Source: Planctomycetota bacterium (GTDB taxonomy: Bacteria; Planctomycetota; PLA2; JAEUHO01). Taken from it: DNA of 64,000 bases. Location of the stretch: NCBI GenBank assembly GCA_965222115.1, contig CBDCTJ010000007.1, positions 1,504,001 to 1,568,000 on the forward strand. The letters are read 5' to 3'. The notes under the pieces were generated by a model. It had not been told where the DNA came from, searched no databases, and saw only the letters and a list, made by a program, of their open reading frames with translations. Every line of letters starts with the position of its first letter. Position 1 is the stretch's first letter. The translations under genes were made by a program, and so were the position numbers. Below, in pieces: positions 8,004 to 17,295 of this stretch.

Positions 8004-11000
8004 CTAGAATTCTAGGCCGTCGTTTTCAAACTGACCGCCGGAACCAAAATACTTCTCTATGAAATTGCGCACGACATCGAATCGCTTGTCGTCAGCGTGT
8101 GCTTTGCAGATTGAAAGAGCACTCTGAGCAGAGTCTATTCGGCTTTTAGCTTCCGAATTCGACACGTAGCGCACGCTGGCGTTCGCTAGCGCCTGGGCGT
8201 GCTCAAGTGCCATCTCGCGATCCTTGCCAAAATCGTGCTCCCCTCGAATGGCGGCGATGCGCCCGGCCATCTCGAGGCGCTCGGCCCCCGTTTCGTAGCG
8301 CGCGCTGGCGTTATACAGCGCCTTGGCGTGCTCAAGTGCCATCTCGCGATCCTTGCCAAAGTCGTGTTCCCCTCGAATGGCGGCGATGCGCCCGGCCATC
8401 TTGAGGCACTCGGCCCCGGTTTCGTAGCGCGCGCTGGCGTTATACAGCGCCTGGACGTGCTCAAGTGCCATCTCGCGATCCTTGCCAAAGTCATGTTCCC
8501 CTCGAATGGCGGCGATGCGCCCGGCCATCTCGAGGCACTCGGCCCCGGTTTCGTAGCTCACGCTGGCGTTATACAGCGCCTGGACGTGCTCAAGTGCCAA
8601 CTCGCGATCCTTGCCAAAGTCATGTTCCCCTCGAATGGCGGCGATGCGCCCGGCCATCTCGAGGCACTCGGCCCCGGTTTCGTAGCGCGCGCTGGCGTTC
8701 ATGAGCGCCCCGACGTGCCGAAGTGCCAACTCAGGATCCTTGCCAAAGTCGTGTTCCCCTCGAATGGCGGCGATGCGCCCGGCCATCTCGAGGCGCTCGG
8801 CCCCGGTTTCGTAGCTCACGCTGGCGTTCATGAGCGCCTTGGCGTGCACAAGTGCCAACTCAGGATCCTTGCCAAAGTCGTGTTCCCCTCGAATGGCGGC
8901 GATGCGCCCGGCCATCTCGAGGCACTCGGCCCCGGTTTCGTAGCTCACGCTGGCGTTCATGAGCCCGTTGGCGACTGCTCGAGCCTCTACTTTAGCGTTT
9001 TCATTGTCACGAGATTGCTCAAATGCCGCGTGCCCCGAAATTGCGGCGATGCGGATGGACCTAAGCTCGACTGAGGAGACTTCATCTGCCGTCTCGACAT
9101 GTTCACTGGGATACGCGCATGCAGTTAGCGCCAGCAACCATGCCGAGTCTCTGGCAGCCCCCAGCCTAGCAGCGTCCGCCAACTTTGAGATGGCCAACAA
9201 TTCGTCGTCTTCGTCTTCCGTGGCCGTTGCCTCAAGCGTGTGCTGCCAAGCCTCGCGGAACGCGCTCGGTCCGAAACCAATAACGAGTTCTGCCCAACGT
9301 TTGGCCGGCGTTGGAGCCATGCGGAGCCCATGGTGTACAACACCCTTGTCTTCGCCGCCAGCCATGCCAAGTGAAGCTGCGATGATGTAGTGACGAAATG
9401 AGTCGGGTGCCAAGGCGTAAGATTTGTCGTTGCCATGCTCGTCGCGCTCACAGGAAATGATGTCACGATCTGACAGCCGCCCAAGTAGTGCTACGTGGTC
9501 GGCAAGTGAGTCGGGGAGAGAGGCAACCTCAACACTCCCAAGCACGGCCAAGCTTCGTAGTACGAACCGCGTATGTTCGGCTGATTGATCTTCCTTAACG
9601 AACAAGGGGGCCAGCATTTTACGGTACGAGGCAGCGAAAATACTGTGAGGTCCGCTGAGGCCATCAAGGGCGGATATCCCGGATCCAACTACCAAGTTCG
9701 CTGCGTGAATAGATGCCAGGATGTTTCCCTTAGTCTTGTCAACGAGCACTACGACTTGATGGGTAGTGAGGGAAGGAACTAGATTGCCAACAAACTGCTC
9801 AAGGGCGTTTCGAGTCTTGCTGCCAACGTTGGATAACTCGTGGAACGACCATTCCTTAACGTTGTTTAGACCATTCCGAGTTGCTCGCGCTTGAATCGGC
9901 CATGAGTTCACAAGTAATTTGATGCGCGGCAGATCGCTTACTGAATCCGTCGTCACGTCGGAGACGTAGCTAGCTAGCTTCTGTGCAAACTCGTACTCCG
10001 TGTTGAGGTTGTCCCATACCAAGAGCAACTGCCCGCAAGCCGACACCCTTCGCCACGGATCCAAAACGGATGCTGGATCTCGCGAGGATGAAAGACCGCT
10101 TTCTCGAAGAAACGCCACTTCCCAACCCATCGCTTGTGCCCAGTCGGCGACTCGGAGGCAGAGTCGCGACTTGCCGACACCAACTGGTGCGTGCATATAC
10201 ATGCCCACGAGGTCGGGGTCATTTAGAAACGCGTGAACACGTTCGCGCCATTCGGTCCGGCCCAGCACGGTATCCCGAACCAATCTCGCCCGAGTTGGGT
10301 CTGCAAGCAGTTTCTTGATGGATACTTCGTCGGGTCTGCGGTGCTTCCAGTACCGTTCCTCGAATTTCGAACGTGGTAAAACGAAGTCGGTAAGAACGCG
10401 GTGTATGCGATCGGTGCGTTCGGAGATGGCCGTAATTGACCGTGTGAGACCATCGATTCGGGCCTCGGTGCGTTGAACTCTCTGCAACAATTCAATATGG
10501 CGATTTCTCGCCTCGTAGCTCATTGCCGAGAACGCATCGTTCATCGCCGAGAAGATCTGTTCTGAACGAGATTCCAGTTGCGTGAACAACTGATTCAGTC
10601 GCCTTCGATGGTCTTCATGCTCTATCGACAAGCCCTTGAAGCCCTCTTCTTGCGCCTTTCCCAGCGCGAGGACTTCCGTGTCGAGCTGTGCCAAGTACAT
10701 GAGCAATGCGCCAGCAAATGCTCGCCCTCCGCCATCGCCTGCGTCCCACTTCAGAACTTCTCGAAGTGCACCAGCGAAACGCGCGTCTGCGTTTTTGGCG
10801 AAGACCTTGGAGAGCGTGGAAACGCCCGCACCCTTACGTCCTAGAGCGGAGGACCAGAGTTCGCCGAAGAAATCGCTCCAACCAGCTTCGTCGCGGACCA
10901 CGTTCTGTGGCTGCGTGGTGGAAGCGGTTGGAGCTTGTTCAATCTCAGTAAACCGTGTGAGCATCCGCGGAACATGCGCTTCCAGAAGCTCGGGCGTCAC

Positions 11001-11393
11001 GCCCGCGGACAGTTGTTGTTCAACGAAGGTGGAGAAGGCATCCGGCAGTTCCTTCTCAAGTTTGTGTGAAGCATCCTCAGCAGAACCGTCTATGAGTTCG
11101 TCTGATCGAAGTGACTCCAAGACGGCGCGCAACGCCAACCCGATGGCTTGCGTCAGGTCGTGATTACGAAAGAGTTCATCGGCCTTTGGGACGTGGTCGA
11201 GCTTCTCGATCCGCTTTCCAAACCACCCCGCGAGTGGCCCTGCTAATCCCCCAACCGCAGCCGCTGCAGCGGCGCCCAGCGGATTGCTGGCCCCGAGGAC
11301 GACCGAGAGGCCAGCCAGTGCGGCCGAAGCGCCAATCGCAATTCCCTTGGCAGAGGCCAAGAGGCCGGCGGGCAACGAAGGGCGGACCATCAA
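8004..11393 (-). CDS. STAND/NLR-like P-loop NTPase with N-terminal helical/hydrophobic domain and C-terminal 43-aa tandem helical repeats
   Basis: Walker A-like APVGVGKS, Walker B-like LLLVWDN; Gly/Ala-rich hydrophobic N-terminus; coiled coil; six near-identical C-terminal repeats. Confidence 0.75.
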   Translation of the reverse strand: MMVRPSLPAGLLASAKGIAIGASAALAGLSVVLGASNPLGAAAAAAVGGLAGPLAGWFGKRIEKLDHVPKADELFRNHDLTQAIGLALRAVLESLRSDELIDGSAEDASHKLEKELPDAFSTFVEQQLSAGVTPELLEAHVPRMLTRFTEIEQAPTASTTQPQNVVRDEAGWSDFFGELWSSALGRKGAGVSTLSKVFAKNADARFAGALREVLKWDAGDGGGRAFAGALLMYLAQLDTEVLALGKAQEEGFKGLSIEHEDHRRRLNQLFTQLESRSEQIFSAMNDAFSAMSYEARNRHIELLQRVQRTEARIDGLTRSITAISERTDRIHRVLTDFVLPRSKFEERYWKHRRPDEVSIKKLLADPTRARLVRDTVLGRTEWRERVHAFLNDPDLVGMYMHAPVGVGKSRLCLRVADWAQAMGWEVAFLRESGLSSSRDPASVLDPWRRVSACGQLLLVWDNLNTEYEFAQKLASYVSDVTTDSVSDLPRIKLLVNSWPIQARATRNGLNNVKEWSFHELSNVGSKTRNALEQFVGNLVPSLTTHQVVVLVDKTKGNILASIHAANLVVGSGISALDGLSGPHSIFAASYRKMLAPLFVKEDQSAEHTRFVLRSLAVLGSVEVASLPDSLADHVALLGRLSDRDIISCERDEHGNDKSYALAPDSFRHYIIAASLGMAGGEDKGVVHHGLRMAPTPAKRWAELVIGFGPSAFREAWQHTLEATATEDEDDELLAISKLADAARLGAARDSAWLLALTACAYPSEHVETADEVSSVELRSIRIAAISGHAAFEQSRDNENAKVEARAVANGLMNASVSYETGAECLEMAGRIAAIRGEHDFGKDPELALVHAKALMNASVSYETGAERLEMAGRIAAIRGEHDFGKDPELALRHVGALMNASARYETGAECLEMAGRIAAIRGEHDFGKDRELALEHVQALYNASVSYETGAECLEMAGRIAAIRGEHDFGKDREMALEHVQALYNASARYETGAECLKMAGRIAAIRGEHDFGKDREMALEHAKALYNASARYETGAERLEMAGRIAAIRGEHDFGKDREMALEHAQALANASVRYVSNSEAKSRIDSAQSALSICKAHADDKRFDVVRNFIEKYFGSGGQFENDGLEF
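8166..8957 (-). repeat. Six near-identical 129-bp (43-aa) tandem repeats plus a partial seventh
   Basis: Anchor g(ctc/ccg/cac)aagtgc recurs at 8201, 8330, 8459, 8588, 8717, 8846 (period 129); unit NAS[VA][SR]YETGAE[CR]L[EK]MAGRIAAIRGEHDFGKD[PR]E[LM]ALxHxxAL[MYA]. Confidence 0.97.
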
Positions 11394-11540
11394 TCAGTTT
11401 CCTCATTCATGTGGGGGGCATTCTATTTCATGGCCGAGCGTCCGGCAATCTGAGCACCACTACGAGAAGCAGGATAAATGTTCGCTCTATCTTCCCTGTA
11501 CGCTTGTCAAATGGCAGGCAATCACGCAGGCGATTCGCGA

Positions 11541-12047
11541 ATGCTTGAGGACACGCGCCTCAATTCGAAACGCCTCCACCTTCGCCCATGGCTCCCTGAA
11601 GACGTCGCGTCCTTTCACGAAATCTGGGGTGACCCCGAAGTCATTTGGTGGGGCGCAAGCGAGTCGTTGGCGAAGACGCGAGAAGGATTCACGGCGCTGC
11701 TAGAGCGGCATGCGGATTGGCCGGACGGAGTGGGTTGGTTTGCAGTGACTCGCAAAGCGGACGTTACGAATGAAATCCTTGGGGACGTGTTGCTTCAACC
11801 CGCACGATTTGTGGACGGCATTGAGGTTGGATGGCACTTCAAGCGCAGTGCGTGGGGAAAGGGATACGCAACGGAGGCAGCGTCGTGTGTGCTCAACTAT
11901 GCGAAGGACACACTCAAGATCGATCCTGTATACGCCATCGTTGCTACGCAAAACGACCGCTCATTGCGTGTCGTGAAGAAGCTCGGCATGGAGCGTGTGC
12001 GTGAGATGGTGTATGCAGACTTGCCGCACATTTTGTTTGCAAGCTAG
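11541..12047 (+). CDS. GNAT-family N-acetyltransferase (RimJ/RimL-like)
   Basis: RLHLRPW, EVGW, WGKGYATEAA, NDRSLRVVKKLGM. Confidence 0.9.
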   Translation: MLEDTRLNSKRLHLRPWLPEDVASFHEIWGDPEVIWWGASESLAKTREGFTALLERHADWPDGVGWFAVTRKADVTNEILGDVLLQPARFVDGIEVGWHFKRSAWGKGYATEAASCVLNYAKDTLKIDPVYAIVATQNDRSLRVVKKLGMERVREMVYADLPHILFAS

Positions 12048-12070
12048 CGCTCGATCATGCTGTTCGCACG

Positions 12071-12757
12071 CTAACGTTCGAGCACGTCGACCGACCAGTC
12101 AACGAGTGCGGAGGACACGGCGTTGAGATTCTCCTGCGTTCGATTGGAATCGCCATGAGTGTCCTCAAACCCATGATCGCCCTCCGTGACGATGATTTGA
12201 GGTGGTGCCGCGCGTGAGCCAATGAGTGACTCGATTGAGTCAACGTGGCAGGAGGGGTCGGAACGTCCGAAACCAATGAACAGCGGTGTTTGAATCGCAC
12301 CAAAGTCTTCCTTGCTCATAAGTAGTTGTCCCGGTTCATGAGGCACGTGAATCGGTGGTGTTAACAGCGCGGTGCCAACAAGGGGAGGCTCCATGGAGCG
12401 GGCATGAGCCAGCACCACGCGGCTTCCCAACGACTTTCCGGCCACAAACCACGTGGCGTTGCCCGTGATCGACTTGGCATAGTTGACAGCAGCTTGCAAA
12501 TCGCCGACTTCTGGTACGAGGTCAGTTGATGGGTTATTCCCAGCCGTAAAGTAGGCCCAGTCAAATCGCAGAACGTGGAATCCGGCCTCTACAAGCAAGC
12601 GGCTCATCGTTTCAAACAATGGCAAACGCATGTGATAGCCGCGCCCCGGTGCCAGGATGAAACCGGCGCCACGCGGGCGTGATGGCGTACTAAAACATCC
12701 CACCAATTCATGCCCGTGCTCGGTAGGAATGCGCACGTCGTGGGCGTCGGTAGCCAT
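12071..12757 (-). CDS. Alpha/beta-fold hydrolase
   Basis: GKSLG nucleophile elbow, GRSD and GDH catalytic Asp/His candidates, LRFDW. Confidence 0.8.
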   Translation of the reverse strand: MATDAHDVRIPTEHGHELVGCFSTPSRPRGAGFILAPGRGYHMRLPLFETMSRLLVEAGFHVLRFDWAYFTAGNNPSTDLVPEVGDLQAAVNYAKSITGNATWFVAGKSLGSRVVLAHARSMEPPLVGTALLTPPIHVPHEPGQLLMSKEDFGAIQTPLFIGFGRSDPSCHVDSIESLIGSRAAPPQIIVTEGDHGFEDTHGDSNRTQENLNAVSSALVDWSVDVLER

Positions 12758-12852
12758 CTACGCATCGTACGAGCATTGCTTCGGCGCTGCCACGACCTTG
12801 CCATCGTGGGCGTTTCCACCGAGGATTGCGGCGATACGCATGGAGACGATTG

Positions 12853-15399
12853 GTGGCAACACGTGCCCATTTCACGCCGGGACAACTCTTAGAGGGCGAC
12901 TTCGGCAAGTACGAAGTGCTTGGCAAGCTTGGGGAAGGCGGAATGGGGTCGGTCTACCGGGCGCGCAATCTCAACTTGGGCGACGACGTTGTGATCAAGG
13001 TACCCGACGTTGCGGGTCTGGACTTGGACACCGCCAACGCATTTCGCACGCGCTTTGCGCGCGAAATCGATCGACTGATTGGCTTTCGCCATCTCCACAT
13101 CGTGCGCATTCACGGACGCGGTGAAGTGGACGGATTGCCGTTTTGTATCCTCGATTACCTCGCGGGCGGTTCCCTAAAGGACAAGCTGTCTGCGTTGGGT
13201 CGCTCGCAGACCGTGAGCGAAGTCCTCGCATGGGCTGTACCGATTGCGAAGGCGCTCGACTTTCTGCATGAACGCGACATCATTCATCGCGATGTCAAGC
13301 CCGGGAACATTTTGCTCGACGAGCATGATCACGCATTTCTTGGGGACTTCGGTATCTCCAAGTCAACGTCGAAGGGTGTAACGGCAGAAACCGACCTCAC
13401 GCGCACAGGCGGCGCCATTGGGTCGGCGGGCTACATGGCGCCGGAGCAAACCAAAGCGGAGGGCGTGACCGGCGCCGCGGATCAGTATGCGCTGGCCGCA
13501 ACGGTCTACAGCGCACTTGCGGGCTATCCGCCGTTCCTTGAGAAGACGCGCAGTGAGTATGAGTTGATCGTGCTCAAGGCGATGGAGAAGCCGGCGTTGC
13601 TTTCCACGCAAACACGCGCGGTGTCTGAACCCGTGGCGTCGGTGGTCGCCAAAGGACTTGCTACACAACCGAGTCAACGCTTCTCCTCGTGTCGTGATTT
13701 TGTGAAGGCGCTCATCAAGGCCCAGCAACAGCGAGGCGCGACGGGTGCACCGGCGCGCGTAACAACGTCGTCGCACTCGCGATCACGACCGTCGCCGAGA
13801 GCTACAACACGACCGAAGCGTAAGTCTCAAGCATTTGATCCGCGCGATCGAGCGAGGCCAACCCGCGCGCCGGTTTGGCCATGGATTGCCGCGTTGTTGT
13901 TGGTGGGTGCCGGTGCGGCGGTGTACTTCGGCGGTGTGTTTGACTCGTCGAAGAACAAGAGCGAGGATTCGGCGAAGGTTGAGTCGTCCATTGCGCCAGG
14001 CGACGAAACGACAACGCCTGAGAAGCGTCGCGATAACACGTCGCCACCAACGAACGCGTCGAGTTCGGATTCCGCCGCGAATCCAATGTCGAACGAGGGG
14101 AAGCCTACGGTTCCCCCCGATTCCTCTTCGCCACCCAAATGGGCGGCATCGCTTGCCTCCGCAGTAAAGCACCTTGAGCAAGGCGATTTACGCCGCGCGT
14201 CGAGTCTTCTCGGCCAAGCCGTGACGGCAGGCATCCCTGTCAACGAAATTCCAACGAATCTTCGCGAGGCTGTGGACGCGTGGCGCGCGCCGCCGCAGAT
14301 CCACATTGTATCCCCGGATCATGGTCTCGAAGTCGATGCGACGTTCGTTGCTGTGGAGGGTGAGCTTCGGGCTGCGCGTGCAACTGATGCGTTGTTCGTC
14401 AACGGCTTTGAAGTGCGAAAGGGGCCGGGCCCATTTCGTTATCGTGCGCGCCTCCCTGGGCCGGGCGGTCACAATGTCGTGTTTGAAGTGCGCGATGACG
14501 GTGAACAACGTGGCGCTTCAATAACACGTCGCGTCGTCGTTCCGGAGCCCATCCCCGATCCGTCTACGTGGGCTTATGTATCGAGTCTGCAGAAAGCGCT
14601 GGCGAAGAAGATGGGCGTCCCCGTCGCGTTCGAGAACTCGCACGGCATGCGCTTTGTGTTCATTCCCAAGGGTGCGTTCAAGATGGGGTCGCCGTCGTCT
14701 GAGAAGCATCGGCACAAACACGAAGGGCCGCAACACGATGTCCTCATGCCGCACGGCTTCTATATGCAGATTACGGAGATGACCAACGAGCAGTGGCACC
14801 GATTTTCGTCTACGCATCAAGGGGGATTTGAGGGCAAGCGCAAACCCGTTGAACACATCAGCCATGAGGAGATCGCGGGTAAGAGAGGCAACGGGCGCGG
14901 CGGGTATCTGAAATGGCTCAACGGGCTTGACCGTTCACGGAGCGAACCCAGGGGCATTGTGTATGCGCTGCCGACCGAGGCGGAGTGGGAATATGCCTGC
15001 CGCGCTCGAACGACGTCCGCCTACGCATTCGGTAAAGGGATCTCAACCAAACTGGCGAACTATGACGGGCGCCCCGGTCCGTTTCGTAAAGAGAACACCG
15101 GCATCTATCGGGGCAAGACGGTAGACGTTGGGACGCTGGGTCGCAATGCGTGGGGGCTTTACGACATGCATGGCAATGTGGCGGAGTGGTGCGCGGACTG
15201 GCACGCCATGAAGACCTATACAGCGCGTGCGCGTAGCAACCCGACCGGGCCTGAGTCTGGCACGCAGCGTGTAATTCGTGGCGGTTCGTTCGTCAGCCCA
15301 CCCGATCAATTGCGTTCTGCGTCGCGAAAGAGCCACGCGCCCGAGGCGCGCTTCACAAGTGTTGGCTTCCGGCTCGTAGGCCGCATTCCTACCAAGTAA
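12853..15399 (+). CDS. Ser/Thr protein kinase with transmembrane segment and C-terminal FGE-sulfatase (SUMF1/CLec) domain
   Basis: LGEGGMG, VVIK, HRDVKPGN, DFG, YMAPEQ; TM WIAALLLVGAGAAVYF; FKMGSP, LPTEAEWEYACRA, NAWGLYDMHGNVAEW, RGGSF, GFRL. Start uncertain. Confidence 0.92.
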   Translation: MATRAHFTPGQLLEGDFGKYEVLGKLGEGGMGSVYRARNLNLGDDVVIKVPDVAGLDLDTANAFRTRFAREIDRLIGFRHLHIVRIHGRGEVDGLPFCILDYLAGGSLKDKLSALGRSQTVSEVLAWAVPIAKALDFLHERDIIHRDVKPGNILLDEHDHAFLGDFGISKSTSKGVTAETDLTRTGGAIGSAGYMAPEQTKAEGVTGAADQYALAATVYSALAGYPPFLEKTRSEYELIVLKAMEKPALLSTQTRAVSEPVASVVAKGLATQPSQRFSSCRDFVKALIKAQQQRGATGAPARVTTSSHSRSRPSPRATTRPKRKSQAFDPRDRARPTRAPVWPWIAALLLVGAGAAVYFGGVFDSSKNKSEDSAKVESSIAPGDETTTPEKRRDNTSPPTNASSSDSAANPMSNEGKPTVPPDSSSPPKWAASLASAVKHLEQGDLRRASSLLGQAVTAGIPVNEIPTNLREAVDAWRAPPQIHIVSPDHGLEVDATFVAVEGELRAARATDALFVNGFEVRKGPGPFRYRARLPGPGGHNVVFEVRDDGEQRGASITRRVVVPEPIPDPSTWAYVSSLQKALAKKMGVPVAFENSHGMRFVFIPKGAFKMGSPSSEKHRHKHEGPQHDVLMPHGFYMQITEMTNEQWHRFSSTHQGGFEGKRKPVEHISHEEIAGKRGNGRGGYLKWLNGLDRSRSEPRGIVYALPTEAEWEYACRARTTSAYAFGKGISTKLANYDGRPGPFRKENTGIYRGKTVDVGTLGRNAWGLYDMHGNVAEWCADWHAMKTYTARARSNPTGPESGTQRVIRGGSFVSPPDQLRSASRKSHAPEARFTSVGFRLVGRIPTK

Positions 15400-15418
15400 C
15401 GCCCCGGTCAGGCACGGT

Positions 15419-16540
15419 CTACTTCTCCGTATTCCACGCCGACAGCCATCGCGTTCCGGCGCGCTTGTAGCCTAGTTTCTCGATTAGATCCTTCTCAATG
15501 CCAGGAAGGTGTGCAGCACCGTAGAAGATGGCGATGCTGTCCTTGGCACCAAGCTTGGCCATCTGCTCTTTGACGCGCCTCGTAACGATGTCATTGCGCT
15601 TGGTGAGCAACAGTTCTGCGGTGTCGGGCATGGTGACGTTCATCATCTTGAGCATGTCTACCGAGCCCATGACCTCGGCGAACTTATTCTTCATCATGCG
15701 CCGCATCGGACCCCCTTGATCGCCCTTGCCAATGAGCATGTCGAGCAGGGGGCCGGCCACTTTGAGCAACCCTTGCAACGTGGCCGCCTGTCCGGTGATT
15801 TTGGCTGCCGCACCCTTCGGCTTCGTTGGCGCTGCCTTGCCGTTTTTTCCAGGTGGCGTCGTTGGTGTGTCCGACTTGGAAGATGGCGTAGTGGGTTTCG
15901 TATCGACCGGTGCCTTGCCACCACCCATGAACTCTTCTGCTGTCATGTCGGCATGCACAAAGTGGGGGCGGTTGTAGTTAATGGCTTCCAACTGAAACGC
16001 CATCCCGAACCATTTCGCCATCTTGGTTTGTAGCTCGCGAATCGGGTTCATCTCGGTGGGTGCCGACTCGAGCGCCTCATGCATCTTTGCGTTCTTTGGC
16101 TTGATGCCCTCGTACAAGACAACGGTGGCATCTTCCAAGATGCGTTGAACATCTCGGTAAAACTCTTTCTCGGCAATGTGAACGGCCCCGATCAAATCGA
16201 CACGTGCCTTTCCATCGGGATGCACATACGTCGTAACACCCACATGCAATCCAGCGGGAAGTTTGCCCGGCTTACTCGTGGTGACATGGCGCATGTGTCG
16301 TGAGTTGTCGGCGGTTGGCTTTGCGCGCGAAATGGTGCGGACGTCATCACGTTTGAATGTGAGCGTGTCGCCTGCCGGCAAGAGGATCTCCACCTCGGTC
16401 TCGCGTTCTTCAAGCACAACGCCGCGAACCGCCGTTCCGCCGTTGAGAACAATCTCGTCGGCGTAGGACGACGAGAGTGAAAAGAGTGACAACAGGAGTG
16501 AGGCGCCAAGCGCACGCGAAATGGGTCGATTCATAGCCAT
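15419..16540 (-). CDS. Secreted TraB/GumN-like protein
   Basis: Signal peptide; LIGAVHIA, VLYEG, KRND, IAIFYGAAHL motifs typical of the TraB/PrgY/GumN fold. Confidence 0.6.
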   Translation of the reverse strand: MAMNRPISRALGASLLLSLFSLSSSYADEIVLNGGTAVRGVVLEERETEVEILLPAGDTLTFKRDDVRTISRAKPTADNSRHMRHVTTSKPGKLPAGLHVGVTTYVHPDGKARVDLIGAVHIAEKEFYRDVQRILEDATVVLYEGIKPKNAKMHEALESAPTEMNPIRELQTKMAKWFGMAFQLEAINYNRPHFVHADMTAEEFMGGGKAPVDTKPTTPSSKSDTPTTPPGKNGKAAPTKPKGAAAKITGQAATLQGLLKVAGPLLDMLIGKGDQGGPMRRMMKNKFAEVMGSVDMLKMMNVTMPDTAELLLTKRNDIVTRRVKEQMAKLGAKDSIAIFYGAAHLPGIEKDLIEKLGYKRAGTRWLSAWNTEK

Positions 16541-16642
16541 AGTCTCACCCGACACGCGGGGTTGTGAGCGATCGCGCCCTGCAGGGCTCGCCCAACCGCA
16601 AACCTTTGCAAGTTGGCTATTGTTGTTGTTTGATTCAGACCT

Positions 16643-17212
16643 ATGCCTAGGAAATCGGATCGAGCGCGCTGGAACGCCAAGTACTTGGCGCGGGGGCCCA
16701 GCGTCGGTGAGCCCCATCCGTTTGTCGTACAAACCGTTCCATCCATGCCCGGACGTGCGCTTGATCTCGCCGGCGGCGCGGGGCGGCATGCTCTTTACGT
16801 CGCGTCGCAAGGATGGGAGACGACGCTGCTAGACGTCTCGGATGTGGGTCTTGCCCATGCCCGGCAACATGCCTCCGAAATGGGGATATCGCTCACGACC
16901 GTTCAGCGAGACCTGGAACGCTACGGCGTGCCGGAAGGCGCATGGAATTTGGTCGTATGCGTTCACTATTCATTCGGTACCAGGCTGTCGCACCTGCCTT
17001 CGTTGGTCGCGCCGGGGGGGCATCTCGTCTTTGTCCAAGCCACAACGACCAATCTTGAGCGACACGAACGACCTTCACGAAAGTACCTGGTGGCGCCGGG
17101 AACAGCCCGCCGCGTTTTGGGCTCAGGGCTACGAGTCCTGATCGACGACGAGGGATGGGACGCGACCGATCGCCACGAGTCGCGACTCCTGCTTCATCGC
17201 GACAACCAGTAA
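16643..17212 (+). CDS. Class I SAM-dependent methyltransferase (TehB-like)
   Basis: RWNAKY, ALDLAGGAGRHA, LDVS, PGG. Confidence 0.85.
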   Translation: MPRKSDRARWNAKYLARGPSVGEPHPFVVQTVPSMPGRALDLAGGAGRHALYVASQGWETTLLDVSDVGLAHARQHASEMGISLTTVQRDLERYGVPEGAWNLVVCVHYSFGTRLSHLPSLVAPGGHLVFVQATTTNLERHERPSRKYLVAPGTARRVLGSGLRVLIDDEGWDATDRHESRLLLHRDNQ

Positions 17213-17295
17213 GTGCCGTCTTTGACCGGCCCGCCGACTAAGTCTCAGTTGGTTCTGGCCCGTCGCGGCGTACTATCGACCGGTCGTGCCTCCGC

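Noticed and set aside
8166-8957. CRISPR array or TALE-like repeat
   Set aside because: Contiguous 129-bp in-frame coding repeats with no unique spacers; the 43-aa unit lacks the TALE consensus and 33-35 aa length.
8199-9074. 291-aa repetitive ORF on the + strand
   Set aside because: Antisense shadow of the repeat array; the minus-strand frame belongs to the 1129-aa NTPase.
14640-15399. FGE/CLec domain as a diversity-generating retroelement target
   Set aside because: No reverse transcriptase and no template repeat resembling the 3' end was seen in this window; a remote DGR cannot be excluded.
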